Assembly: GCA_964291495.2 (NCBI GenBank)
Contig: OZ219871.1
Location: 1 to 64,000, forward strand
Reading direction: 5' to 3'
Source of the DNA: Dehalococcoidia bacterium
Lineage (GTDB): Bacteria > Chloroflexota > Dehalococcoidia > UBA2979
Length of the DNA: 64,000 nt
Position numbers and translations under genes: made by a program. This document shows positions 23,901 to 32,641 of the stretch, piece after piece; position 1 is the first letter of the stretch; every line of letters begins with the position of its first letter. A model generated the notes under the pieces. The model saw only the letters and a list, made by a program, of their open reading frames with translations, ran no database searches and was not told where the DNA came from.

Positions 23901-24254
23901 GGGAACGACCAGCCCTCATACGGATACTGCGCGATCTACTTGACGGAGAGGGGTGGGCGGGGCGTCGAGATCTGCGCGGGCCACGTGAGCCTGAGGTTCG
24001 CGTGGCGAGTGACGACCACGGAGACAGGAGGAGTCACCGAAACGAGAGTGATTGGTGGCTACCCAGGACTGATCCGGTACTGGCCCCCGCACCCGGACAG
24101 GAGACCCAACACGGCGATTCAGGTTTGGGTCTATGACGCAGCAGCCAACAGCGCGTACACAGTTCGTGGAATCGACCCAACCGTCACTGGACGCAACGTC
24201 GATCCCGTCATCTCGATCGCGCGCAGCTTGTTCGAGCCTCCGAACCCGCCGTAG
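20901..24254 (+). CDS. Large surface lipoprotein with Pro/Thr stalk and three ~335-aa tandem modules, function unknown
   Basis: Lipobox LTAC, (PT)n linker, three units each running TTFRYTT...LFEPPNP. Confidence 0.85.
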   Translation: MPLRRALALPLTVLVLSLAAALTACTDDPVEPPAPPATATVQPTPAATATPPPTPAATPTPTPTPTPTPTATATRTATPSPTATATPIPTPTATATALPTPTPTPTATPTPEPAASPTPSPTTFRYTTYDTSGAVAEPGSYAFLADPADASSVVTTYEGLRDGTARALRIHATDADGVSRAAFLDTVEVGDLFEWRQAEDCFVRYTVTELLPDPSGTPRRLLGVEWMTYAFTGCSGPIAAEAAVTVDWGELPDLGGTSLTAPVVHGIYQLVPAGWTGETEEPELHSSAVTSYENPIRTDDPAVARTLPYWRDPELPDGWTLDWVTSGGVPDPAYGYCATYLTEPRPSALDGGALRRVRGVEVCGYHASARLDVEAASWRNGSSVSETRTIAGRPARITYSPPGPNYDRRAYIRVWVYDPATKSEYFLIGGGLLRGNNVDPVIAIARSLFEPPNPLAPPTTFRYTTYDTTGGVAESGSYAFLADPADTSSVVTTYEGLRDGTARALRIHATDADGVSRAAFLDTVEVGDLFEWRQAEDCFVRYTVTELLPDPSGTPRRLLGVEWMSYAFTGCSGPIAAEGAVTVDWGELPDLGGTSLTAPVVHGIYQIVPAGWKGATVEPLVDFSGPDQPERLHSYETLAEARQLPYWRDPALPEGWVLEGATIGFEGPRYGYCAIFRTEERTRRNNEVYRNYGFDICGLHVTGWYHPEIASWHDGASVRETRVVAGRPAIVIYSPEGPGSRPDFPINIWVYDPETETDYHLGAADGSISGSNIDAALAILRGLFEPPNPLTLETTFRYTTHDTTGAVAEPGSYAFLADPADTSSVVTTYEGLRDGTARALRIHATDADGVSRAAFLDTVEVGDLFEWRQAEDCFVRYTVTELLPGPSGPPRRLLGVEWMTYAFTGCSGPIAGEEAAVTVDWGELPDLGGASLTVPVVHGAFQLGPRGWTGAEMPRERRNPPSYSDINPVYTTSVAEAQHLPYWRDPVLPAGWTLHEAASGGNDQPSYGYCAIYLTERGGRGVEICAGHVSLRFAWRVTTTETGGVTETRVIGGYPGLIRYWPPHPDRRPNTAIQVWVYDAAANSAYTVRGIDPTVTGRNVDPVISIARSLFEPPNPP
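21264..24251 (+). repeat. Three ~1-kb intragenic direct repeats; first ~440 bp nearly identical, remainder diverged
   Basis: Units start near 21264, 22275 and 23280 (ACCTTCCGCTACACCACC). Confidence 0.92.
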
Positions 24255-24350
24255 CCACGGGGGCCTCGCGTGCGGCCGGGCAGCGCGCAGGGGTAGCCGG
24301 TGCTACGATGGGCCATCCGCATCACGCTCGCTCGCACGGAGGCAGACGCA

Positions 24351-25220
24351 GTGGCGAATCGCGCCCAGGCTGAAACGGTCGAGATCAACGGCCTCACGCT
24401 CAACTACCAGGAGTGGGGCGACTCCCGCAGCACGCACGCCCTGCTGCTGCTCCACGGCTTCGGCGAGACCTCCGGCATCTGGGAGGAGATCGCGATCGAG
24501 CTCTCCCGCGAGTACCGCGTCCTCGCGCTCGACCAGCGCGGCCACGGCGGCAGCGAGCGCCCGCGCGACCACAACTACAGCCGCAACAGCCAGGTCGAGG
24601 ACCTCGAGGCCTTCGTCGAGGCGCTCGGCCTGCGCAACGTCACCATCGCCGGACAGGCGATGGGCGGCGCCAACGCGCTCTGCTACGCCGCCGAGCACCC
24701 GGACGTCGTCACCGCACTGATCGTGATCGAGGCCGCCCCCGAGGTGCTGCGCAGCGGCGTCGAGACGATGCGCCGCCTGCTCGCCTCGGCCGACAGCTTC
24801 GTCAGCCTCGACGAGGCCGTCGAGGTCTACGAGGAGTTCTACCCCTACGCCACCAGCGAGCAGCTCAACCGCCGCGTCAAGGCCACCCTCGCCCGCAGCG
24901 AGGACCTCACCTACGTCTGGGACTTCGACCCGATCTTCCGCGACCCGACCGCACGGCCGCCCGACCCGGACCCCGGCCAGCGCCGCATGACGAACCTCTG
25001 GGAGTGCGTCGAGCGCGTGCAGTGCCCGGTGATGATCGTGCGCGGGGCCGAGACCGACATGCTCACGCCCGAGGCAATCCAGCGCCTGCATCGCCGCATC
25101 CCCGGCTCGCGCGTCTCGCTGATCGAGGAGGCCGGCCACGCCGTGCCGACCGACCAGCCCGCCGCGCTCAGCCAGCACATCCGCGAGTTCCTGCAGAGCC
25201 TTTCGAGGAGCCCCGCGTGA
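24351..25220 (+). CDS. Alpha/beta-hydrolase-fold protein with atypical nucleophile elbow
   Basis: LLLHGF, LDQRGHGGS, GQAMGG, AGHAV. Confidence 0.85.
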   Translation: MANRAQAETVEINGLTLNYQEWGDSRSTHALLLLHGFGETSGIWEEIAIELSREYRVLALDQRGHGGSERPRDHNYSRNSQVEDLEAFVEALGLRNVTIAGQAMGGANALCYAAEHPDVVTALIVIEAAPEVLRSGVETMRRLLASADSFVSLDEAVEVYEEFYPYATSEQLNRRVKATLARSEDLTYVWDFDPIFRDPTARPPDPDPGQRRMTNLWECVERVQCPVMIVRGAETDMLTPEAIQRLHRRIPGSRVSLIEEAGHAVPTDQPAALSQHIREFLQSLSRSPA

Positions 25221-26467
25221 CGACCACCCGCGAGCTGCAGCGCGTCCTCGTCACGGGGATCGGGGCGGTCACGCCGATCGGCAACGACGCGGCCTCGTAC
25301 TGGGAGGGCCTGCGCGGCGGCCAGAACGGCATCGGCCGCGTCACGCTCTGCGACCCCGAGGGTCTGCCCGTCCAGATCAGCGGCGAGGTCAAGGACTTCG
25401 ACCCGGAGCAGCACCTCGACCGCCGCGTCGCGCGCCGCACCGCGCGCTTCGCGCAGTTCGCCGTCGCGGCCAGCCGCGAAGCCCTCGAGGATGGCGGCCG
25501 CGCCGGGGACGGGGAGCTGCAGGACGAGATCGGCGTGGTGATGGCGACCTCGGGCGACGCCTTCGAGATGGGCCTGCCCTACATGGAGATGGAGCGCCGC
25601 GGCCCGATGCGCGCCGACCCCTTCATCATCACGCGCTCCGGCCAGCACATGGGCGCGGCGCGCGTCGCCCGCGAGCTGGGACTGCGCGGCCCCAACACGA
25701 CGATCAACACCGCCTGCGCCTCCGGCACGGACGCGCTCGGCCACGCCCTCAACCTGATCCGCCTCGGCCAGACGCAGGCGCTGCTCGCCGGCGGCACCGA
25801 GGCGCTGATCGGCCGCCTCTCGCTCGCCTCGATGGGCCGCCTGGGCGCGCTCTCGCGCAACAACGAGGACCCGGAGCACGCCTGCCGCCCGTTCGACGCG
25901 AACCGCGACGGCTTCGTGCTCGGCGAGGGCGCCGGGGTGTTGCTGCTCGAGTCCGAGCAGTCGGCCCTCGAGCGCGGCGCGCGCGTCTACGCCGAGCTGG
26001 CCGGCGCGGGCTGGTCATTCGACGCCACCGACGACACCGCCCCCGACGCCGAGGGCGAGTCGCTGGCAATGACGCGCGCGATGAGCGACGCGGGCATCGA
26101 CCCCTCCGAGGTCGACTACATCAACGCTCACGGCACGAGCACGCAGTACAACGACCGCAGTGAGACGAGCGCCGTCAAGCTCGCGCTCGGCGAGGACAAC
26201 GCCTACAAGATCGCGATCTCCTCGACGAAGTCGATGACGGGCCACCTCGCCGCAGGCGCCGGGGGCATCGAGGCGATCGCCGCGCTGTTCGCAATGCACC
26301 ATGGCTGCATCCCGCCGACGATCAACTACGAGACGCCGGACCCGGACTGCGACCTCGACATCGTGCCGAACGAGGCGCGCGAGGCGGAGCTGCGCGTGGT
26401 GCTCTCCAACTCGTTCGGCCTCGGTGGCCAGAACGCCTGCGTGGTCTTCCGCCGCTACGAGCCGTAG
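25217..26467 (+). CDS. fabF: Beta-ketoacyl-ACP synthase II family
   Basis: VTGIGAVTPIG, TACASG, INAHGTST, KSMTGHL, SNSFGLGGQN. Confidence 0.88.
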   Translation: MTTTRELQRVLVTGIGAVTPIGNDAASYWEGLRGGQNGIGRVTLCDPEGLPVQISGEVKDFDPEQHLDRRVARRTARFAQFAVAASREALEDGGRAGDGELQDEIGVVMATSGDAFEMGLPYMEMERRGPMRADPFIITRSGQHMGAARVARELGLRGPNTTINTACASGTDALGHALNLIRLGQTQALLAGGTEALIGRLSLASMGRLGALSRNNEDPEHACRPFDANRDGFVLGEGAGVLLLESEQSALERGARVYAELAGAGWSFDATDDTAPDAEGESLAMTRAMSDAGIDPSEVDYINAHGTSTQYNDRSETSAVKLALGEDNAYKIAISSTKSMTGHLAAGAGGIEAIAALFAMHHGCIPPTINYETPDPDCDLDIVPNEAREAELRVVLSNSFGLGGQNACVVFRRYEP

Positions 26468-26477
26468 CGCGAGCCGG

Positions 26478-26873
26478 TCAGCCCAGCCGCAACTCGCCCG
26501 CCCACCCCTCCACGCCGACCTCAAGGTCGCACGTGACGCGGTCGCCCTCGGCGGCGAGCGCGCCCTCGACTGCGTCGACGGCGAAGGAGGCGCGCACCTG
26601 CGCCGCGCCCGTCTCGTCGCCCGCGATCACGGAGCCGGCCTCGAGCGAGGCGTTCAGCTCGCCCCGCTCCGCATCGACGACGGTGACGTAGCCCTCGGAG
26701 AGCGGGACCTCGCCCTCGCGGCCAAGCAGCCAGACGAGGGTCCACGAGACCTCGATGCCCTCCGCGTCCGCAGCCTCGCCGTCGAGCACGACCTGGAAGC
26801 GGCCGTCGAGCAGCTCCTCGCGCTCGCTGACCTCGCCGCCGACGCGCAGGCCGCCCGGCATCGCTCCGCTCAC
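26478..26873 (-). CDS. Hypothetical acidic protein
   Basis: ORF coupled (GTGA overlap) to the upstream phosphatase; no family recognised. Confidence 0.6.
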   Translation of the reverse strand: MSGAMPGGLRVGGEVSEREELLDGRFQVVLDGEAADAEGIEVSWTLVWLLGREGEVPLSEGYVTVVDAERGELNASLEAGSVIAGDETGAAQVRASFAVDAVEGALAAEGDRVTCDLEVGVEGWAGELRLG

Positions 26874-27508
26874 GCCTCGCTGAGCCACGGCTCGGTCTGC
26901 GGGCCACCGAGCGCGCGGAGGTGGCAGGTGTCGTTGAGGCTGCGCAGCGTGAGCCGGCCATCCTGCGCCACGCCGACCTCGGTGATGCCACAGTTGGCGG
27001 TGTAGATCTGCGCGTACTCCCCGTCGCCGAGGCCGCAGATGCGGCCGACCGCCGCGCCGAGCACGCCGCCGTGCAGCACCGCAACGGCGGTCCCCTCGCG
27101 GTGGCGCTCGGCGAGCTCGCCGATCCGGCGGGCGACGCGCTCGCGGAAGACCGCCGAGCCTTCCTCGCCGGGGATGCGCCCGCGCCCCCAGGCGCGCCCG
27201 ACGACGTCGAAGCGCTCGCGTACCTCGTCCCAGGTCAGCCCCTGCGCCTCGCCGAAGCCGTATTCCTGCAGGTCGGGCAGCTCGATCACCTCGTGACCCG
27301 TGTGCGCGGCGACGATGTCCGCCGTCTCGCGCGCGCGGCGCAGGTGGCTGGAGTAGAGCGCGTCGATCTCGAGGCCGGCGAGGCGGCGACCAGACGCCTC
27401 GGCCTGCTCGCGGCCCAGGGGCGTCAGCCCATAGTCGGTGAGCTGGCCCTGCACGACGCGCGCAAGGTTGCCCTCGGACTCGCCGTGGCGCAGCAGCAGC
27501 AGCGTCAC
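26870..27508 (-). CDS. Histidine phosphatase (phosphoglycerate mutase-like) family
   Basis: LLRHGES, SSHLRRARETA, LHGG, NCGIT, LNDTCHL. Confidence 0.9.
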   Translation of the reverse strand: MTLLLLRHGESEGNLARVVQGQLTDYGLTPLGREQAEASGRRLAGLEIDALYSSHLRRARETADIVAAHTGHEVIELPDLQEYGFGEAQGLTWDEVRERFDVVGRAWGRGRIPGEEGSAVFRERVARRIGELAERHREGTAVAVLHGGVLGAAVGRICGLGDGEYAQIYTANCGITEVGVAQDGRLTLRSLNDTCHLRALGGPQTEPWLSEA

Positions 27509-28062
27509 GACGCGTCCTCGATCAGCTGCAGGAAGTTTGCGACGACGCGGGCGGTGGCGCCGAAGATCAGGTGCTCGCCGTAGCGGTAGGCGGGCATCAC
27601 CGGCCCGTCCGGTCGCGCGGTCCACTCGAGGGCGTCACCGGAGAGCAGCAGGTCGAGCGGCACCTCGAGCAGCTCGGCGACCTCGATCTCGGCGAAGCGG
27701 AAGGGGTACGGCCCCGGCCGCGTGATCGCGCCGACGAACGGCGTCATCGCGAAGTGGGAGCGCGTCGGCACGTCGTCGAGGCGGCCGAACAGCTCGACAT
27801 CGGAGGCGGCGACACCGATCTCCTCCTCGGTCTCGCGCAGGCAGGTCACCTCGAGCGACCCGTCCTCGGGATCCTGTCCGCCGCCCGGGAAGCTGATCTC
27901 ACCCTTGTGGTGCTCGACGTGGTGGGTGCGGACCTGGAAGAGCAGGTGCTCGACGCCGTCGCGCTCGTAGAGCAGCAGCAGCACGGCGGCGGGCGCGAGG
28001 GCGTCGTCCTCGATTGCCACGGCCTCGTGGCCCCCGACGATCTCGCGGATGCGCTCCCGCAC
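27505..28062 (-). CDS. Nudix CoA pyrophosphatase (NudL/PCD1-like)
   Basis: AAVLLLL, HKGEISFPGG, LRETEEEIG, IFGATA. Confidence 0.9.
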   Translation of the reverse strand: MRERIREIVGGHEAVAIEDDALAPAAVLLLLYERDGVEHLLFQVRTHHVEHHKGEISFPGGGQDPEDGSLEVTCLRETEEEIGVAASDVELFGRLDDVPTRSHFAMTPFVGAITRPGPYPFRFAEIEVAELLEVPLDLLLSGDALEWTARPDGPVMPAYRYGEHLIFGATARVVANFLQLIEDAS

Positions 28063-28102
28063 GGGACCGCCCCTTCCCGGCCGTCCGCCCTCGCACGCCG
28101 CG

Positions 28103-29251
28103 TCAGATGCGGCGCAGCGCCTGCCCCTTGCGGTAGGTGGCGACGCGCCAGAGCCACTCGGCCGGCCCGAACCGGAAACGGTCGAGCCAGATGCGCGACC
28201 ACCACAGATGCAGGGCCCAGACCGCCAGCACGAAGATCAGGATCCCGGTCCGGCCGACGCTCGCGCCGTCCAGCAGGACGGTGAGCGTGAGCACTCCGAG
28301 GACAGTCTGGGACAGATAGTTGGTCAGCGCCATCCTGCCGGTAGCGAGCAGCCGCCGCTTCAGCCAGCCCTCCCCGCGCCGGTCCCAGAGGACCAGCAGG
28401 CTCATGTAGCCGAGCGCGGCGGGAATCGTGCCCAGCGTGTTCGGGATCTGGCCGATGAACGCCACCTCGCGGGCGTAGTCCCCCAGCGCCGTCACGACGA
28501 CGCTGGCAGTAGCGAGGGGCAGCCCGACGCCCAGACCAACGATGGCGGTCCGGCGGTAGGTCCGGGTGGACATGCGTCCGCTCATGAACCCCAGGCGGTA
28601 CAGGCCGGCGCCCATGAGGATCATGCCCAGCCCGCGGGCGGCGTAGCCGAGCAGCGTCAGCGCCTCCATAGTCGCATTCACTTCCGACGCCTCGTCCGGC
28701 TCCCAGATGCCCGCCAGCGACACATCGGTCGTGTTGGTGATGTGCTGCGCGAGGAAGGTATTCGGGACGGACAACAGGAAGACGAGCGCTCCGACGGCGA
28801 TGAGGGTCCTGGATTGGAGCGACCGCAGTGCGAGCAGGACGACGGCGGACAACGCATACAGCATCAGCACATCGCCGTCCCACAGCATGGTGTGGAGCAC
28901 ACCGATGCCCAGCAGCAGGACGTTGCGCCAGAGGTTGAGCAGCACCGGCCGCGCTTCACGCGCCTCGGCACGCTCGATGAAGAGCAGGATTCCGGCGCCG
29001 AACAGCAGCGAGAAGACAGCCATGAACTTCTGGTCGATGAAGATCTCCCCGAGCACGCCGACGGCCCAGTCCAGGCCCGTCTCGGAGCCCCCGGCGCTGA
29101 GGTTCAGGTAGGGGGGAAGTCCATACTTGAAGGACACCGCGTTCATCAGCAGGATGCCCAGCACCGCCACACCCCGGATCAGATCCAGACTCGTGATCCG
29201 ATCCGACTCGGTAACCGGCCCGGAAGCGGGCGCTTGACGATCGAGGCTCAT
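28103..29251 (-). CDS. DUF418 (YeiB-like) membrane protein
   Basis: RITSLDLIRGVAVLGILLMN, KFMAVFSLLFGAG, GRMALTNYLSQ, FRFGPAEWLWR. Confidence 0.9.
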   Translation of the reverse strand: MSLDRQAPASGPVTESDRITSLDLIRGVAVLGILLMNAVSFKYGLPPYLNLSAGGSETGLDWAVGVLGEIFIDQKFMAVFSLLFGAGILLFIERAEAREARPVLLNLWRNVLLLGIGVLHTMLWDGDVLMLYALSAVVLLALRSLQSRTLIAVGALVFLLSVPNTFLAQHITNTTDVSLAGIWEPDEASEVNATMEALTLLGYAARGLGMILMGAGLYRLGFMSGRMSTRTYRRTAIVGLGVGLPLATASVVVTALGDYAREVAFIGQIPNTLGTIPAALGYMSLLVLWDRRGEGWLKRRLLATGRMALTNYLSQTVLGVLTLTVLLDGASVGRTGILIFVLAVWALHLWWSRIWLDRFRFGPAEWLWRVATYRKGQALRRI

Positions 29252-29406
29252 CGGGGGCGCCTCCCGCCACGGGCAGCGCCACGGGCGTGTCGGCCGGTGA
29301 GACGACGTATACTAGGGCGGCGCCGGCTCCACACGCGAGACGGCGGCCCGAGTCAGGCCCGAGAGCCGCGCCGGAGTACGCGCACAACGGTCAGGGGACA
29401 AGCGCC

Positions 29407-30069
29407 ATGCTGAGACTCGTCGAGGAAATCGTCCTGCTCATGCTTCGCGACGACGACGGGACGTTCGTGCGGGTGCCGAGCTGGTCTCGGAACTACGCCA
29501 TCGCCGGCGCCGTGCTCATGGACCTGGCGATGGAGAACCGCATCGACACGGACCTCGAGAACCTGATCCTGCTCAACGATTTGCCGACCGGCGACAGCCT
29601 CCTCGATCCGACGCTGGCCGACATCGCCGGCGGAGAGACGCACGGCGCGCGCTACTGGGTGGAGCGCACCGCGGAGCACGCCGAGGCGATCCAGGATGAG
29701 ACGCTCTCCCGGCTGATCGAGCGCGGCATCCTCGAGCGCCGCGACGACCGCTTCCTCTGGGTCTTCAAGTCGAGGCGCTACCCGACGATCGACGGGCGGG
29801 CGGAGCGCGAGGTCAAGCTGCGCATCATGGGCGTGCTGTTCAGCGACGACATCCCGGACCCCCGCGACGTGACCATCATCTGCCTCGCGGACGCGTGCGA
29901 CATCTTCAAGGAGCTGCTGACCGGGCGCGAGCTGGAGCAGGCCGCGCCGCGAATCGAGCAGGTGCGCAGGCTCGACCTGATCGGGCAGGCGATGTCCGGG
30001 GCGATTCGCGACATCGAGGTGTCGGTGGCCGCCTCGGTCGCCGCCTCGATCGAGGGCCACGTCTACTAG
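29407..30069 (+). CDS. GPP34/GOLPH3 (Vps74)-family protein
   Basis: LVEEIVLL, AGAVLMDLAMENRI, TGDSLLD, RLIERGIL..RRYP pattern. Confidence 0.8.
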   Translation: MLRLVEEIVLLMLRDDDGTFVRVPSWSRNYAIAGAVLMDLAMENRIDTDLENLILLNDLPTGDSLLDPTLADIAGGETHGARYWVERTAEHAEAIQDETLSRLIERGILERRDDRFLWVFKSRRYPTIDGRAEREVKLRIMGVLFSDDIPDPRDVTIICLADACDIFKELLTGRELEQAAPRIEQVRRLDLIGQAMSGAIRDIEVSVAASVAASIEGHVY

Positions 30070-32264
30070 GCCGGCTCCTCCTCGACGGGCTCGACCCGCA
30101 CGTCGGGGAGCCACTCGAGCCACGACGGCAGATACCAGTTGCGGCTGCCCAGCAACTCCATGCTGGCCGGCACGAGCACGGACCTCACGAGGGTCGCATC
30201 GAGCAGGATCGCGACGGCCAGACCGAAGCCGACCTGCTGGTTCACGATCGTCTGGCCCGAGGCGAAGGCGCCGAACACGGCGACCATGATCAGCGCCGCG
30301 CCGGTGATGATCCCCGTCGTCTCGCGCAGCCCGCTCGCAACGGCCTCGGCGTTGTTCCCCGTCTGGTCGTAGCGCTCACGGACACGACTCAGCAGGAAGA
30401 CGTGGTAGTCCATCGAGAGCCCGAAGAGCACGGCGAACAGGAAGAGCGGGATCCACACATCGATCACCTCGGCGTGCTGGAAGCCCAGCAGCTCCCTCCC
30501 CACGTTCTTCTGGAACACCAGCACGAGGATCCCGTACGAGGCGCCGACCGACAGCAGGTTCATGAAGACGGCCTTCACCGGAATCACGATCGAACGGAAG
30601 ACCAGCATCAGGACGATGAAGCTGAAGCCGAGCACGAAGGCGAAGACGATCGGCGTGTAGCGGTCCGTGATCGCGAAGACGTCGCTCGCCACCGAGCTGA
30701 TGCCGCCGACCGAGGCCGTGGCGGGCACGCCTGCGAACGCCGCGGGCACGAGCTCGTCGCGAATGGTGTCCAGCGCCTCCACGGTGTCGGGACTGCTCGG
30801 CTCACCCGGCAGCACGACCTGCATCAGCGCGAGGTCGCCCTCCGGGTTCACCTGGAGCACCGGCGGCGCCGGCGAGAGCGCGGCCAGCGAGGCGGTCAGA
30901 CCCGCCACGGCCGCCTGTACCTGCGGATCCTGCGGGTTGCCCTCGATGGCGATCTCGACGGGGTTGGCGACGCCGAAGGAGAACGACGGGTCGGCCTCGA
31001 GGGCGAGGAAGGCCTCGCGCGTCCGCGCGCCCTCGGGGAGCTTGTCGACGCCGTTCAGGCCCGTCTCGATCTGGAAGTAGAAGAGCGTCACCACCACCAT
31101 CGGAATGCCGACGGCGAGCAGGCCGATCACCGGGAAGCGGGTGACGAGGCGCGTCGTGACGTCCCAGAATCCTCCGCCCGGGTCATCCGCCTCGCTGCTG
31201 GCGGCGTCGCGCTTGCCGACGAACGGGAGCGACAGCCGGTTCACGTTGGGACCCAGCAGCATCAGCACGGCCGGCAGCAGGGTCAGCGTCGCCGCCAGCT
31301 CGACGATGACGACGAGCACCGCTCCGAGGCCGAGCGAGCGGAAGAAGGTCATCGGCACGATGAACAGCCCGAGCAGCGCGATCACGACCGTGACGCCACT
31401 GAACAGCACCGTCCGCCCCGCCGTCGCCCCCGTGCGCTCGACGGCCTCGGCGACGGGCAGGCCGCTGCGCAGCTCGTCGCGGAAGCGCGAGATCATGAGC
31501 AGGGAGTAGTCGATGCCGACCGCGAGGCCGATCATCGTGATCATCAGCGTGACGAAGAACACCAGCTCGTAGACCTGCCCGATCAGCGCGGCGAGCCCGA
31601 GTGCGATCCCGATCCCCACGATCGCAAGCCCGATCGGCACGAGCGCCGCCACGACGGCGCCGAACAGCACGAGCAGGATGATCAGCGCGACCGGAACCCC
31701 GAATCGCTCCCCCTGCTCCAGGTCGTGGGTGGCGAACTCGTTCGTCTCGTAGGAGCTGCTGGCCTGGCCGACGATCAGGACGCGGAAGCCGTCGTCCGTG
31801 CTGACCTCGTCGATTGCCTCGAAGACGTGCTCGATGTTGCGCTCGGCATCTTCGAGCGTGCCCGCCATCTCGAAGAGGATGATCGTCGTCTTGCGATCGG
31901 CGGACACCAGCCGCGGATCTGGCAGCAGGAAGTAGTGGAGGCCCTGGCTCACGACCTCGCCGCCGAGGCCGGCGATGGCTCCGAAGACCGCGTTGACCTT
32001 CACAGCGAAGGCCGGATCGTCGATGGTCAGCGAGTCCGACTGGACGACGACCACCTCGCGGGGCTGTTGCGTGCCGGGGAAGCGCTCCTCGAGGAGCCGC
32101 CGGGTGTCTTCCGACTCGAAGCCCGGGGAGAGCCGCAGCTCAGTGGTGGTTGCGCTGTCGAGCAGGTTCACGTTGAGCGCGCCGGCGACGAGCAGCAGTA
32201 CGACCCAGGCGCCGATCGTCAGCCACGGTCGTCGAGCGCTGACGCGGGCCAGCAGGTCAGTCAA
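30066..32264 (-). CDS. MMPL (RND superfamily) transporter
   Basis: GLAVGIDYSLL, GRTVLFSG, FGLSMDYHVFLLSRVRE, DATLVR. Confidence 0.92.
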   Translation of the reverse strand: MTDLLARVSARRPWLTIGAWVVLLLVAGALNVNLLDSATTTELRLSPGFESEDTRRLLEERFPGTQQPREVVVVQSDSLTIDDPAFAVKVNAVFGAIAGLGGEVVSQGLHYFLLPDPRLVSADRKTTIILFEMAGTLEDAERNIEHVFEAIDEVSTDDGFRVLIVGQASSSYETNEFATHDLEQGERFGVPVALIILLVLFGAVVAALVPIGLAIVGIGIALGLAALIGQVYELVFFVTLMITMIGLAVGIDYSLLMISRFRDELRSGLPVAEAVERTGATAGRTVLFSGVTVVIALLGLFIVPMTFFRSLGLGAVLVVIVELAATLTLLPAVLMLLGPNVNRLSLPFVGKRDAASSEADDPGGGFWDVTTRLVTRFPVIGLLAVGIPMVVVTLFYFQIETGLNGVDKLPEGARTREAFLALEADPSFSFGVANPVEIAIEGNPQDPQVQAAVAGLTASLAALSPAPPVLQVNPEGDLALMQVVLPGEPSSPDTVEALDTIRDELVPAAFAGVPATASVGGISSVASDVFAITDRYTPIVFAFVLGFSFIVLMLVFRSIVIPVKAVFMNLLSVGASYGILVLVFQKNVGRELLGFQHAEVIDVWIPLFLFAVLFGLSMDYHVFLLSRVRERYDQTGNNAEAVASGLRETTGIITGAALIMVAVFGAFASGQTIVNQQVGFGLAVAILLDATLVRSVLVPASMELLGSRNWYLPSWLEWLPDVRVEPVEEEPA

Positions 32265-32377
32265 GGCTCAGCCCTCTCGGAACTGCACAGCTGGGGTCTG
32301 GTCACGGGTCCGCATGGTACCGGGGAGCCTTGAGGGTCGTCACGTGGCTCCGCGGCTCGCACTCAACGCGCTGTAAG

Positions 32378-32583
32378 AAGAGACCTCGGGCATCGAGGGT
32401 TAACGCGAAACCGCGCACTCCCGGTTGCCCGGATGTGCGCGGTCTCTCGCCTCGCTGGATTCCGCTGTTCCCCGGAGCCTCCAGCGGATTTTGGCTCCTG
32501 GGACACCCCCGCTCGGCTGATGAAGAGACTAGGGGATCCCGAGGCGGTTGTGGGTGGATTTCGGCCCCACTTAATCACAACTC
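32378..32583 (-). ncRNA. Candidate structured RNA (unassigned) upstream of the MMPL gene
   Basis: Several nested helices, GCAA tetraloop, H-type pseudoknot; G-U pairs form only on the minus strand; no convincing ORF. Confidence 0.5.
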
Positions 32584-32641
32584 GTGCGCATTACATCCAC
32601 CATCGTCCACAAACCGCGCCGCGAAGGGCCTGGGCGCGCGA

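Noticed and set aside
21264-24251. Diversity-generating retroelement target/template pair
   Set aside because: Differences between modules include indels and all bases rather than adenine-specific changes, and there is no reverse transcriptase in the window.
32400-32530. Hammerhead ribozyme on the plus strand (GAAAC...GUC and CUGAUGA present)
   Set aside because: Stems I and II cannot form next to the core nucleotides.
32390-32565. c-di-AMP (ydaO) or SAM-I riboswitch assignment
   Set aside because: Only scattered words match (GAGCGGGGG, UAACCCUCG, GGCAACC); the core conserved segments are missing.
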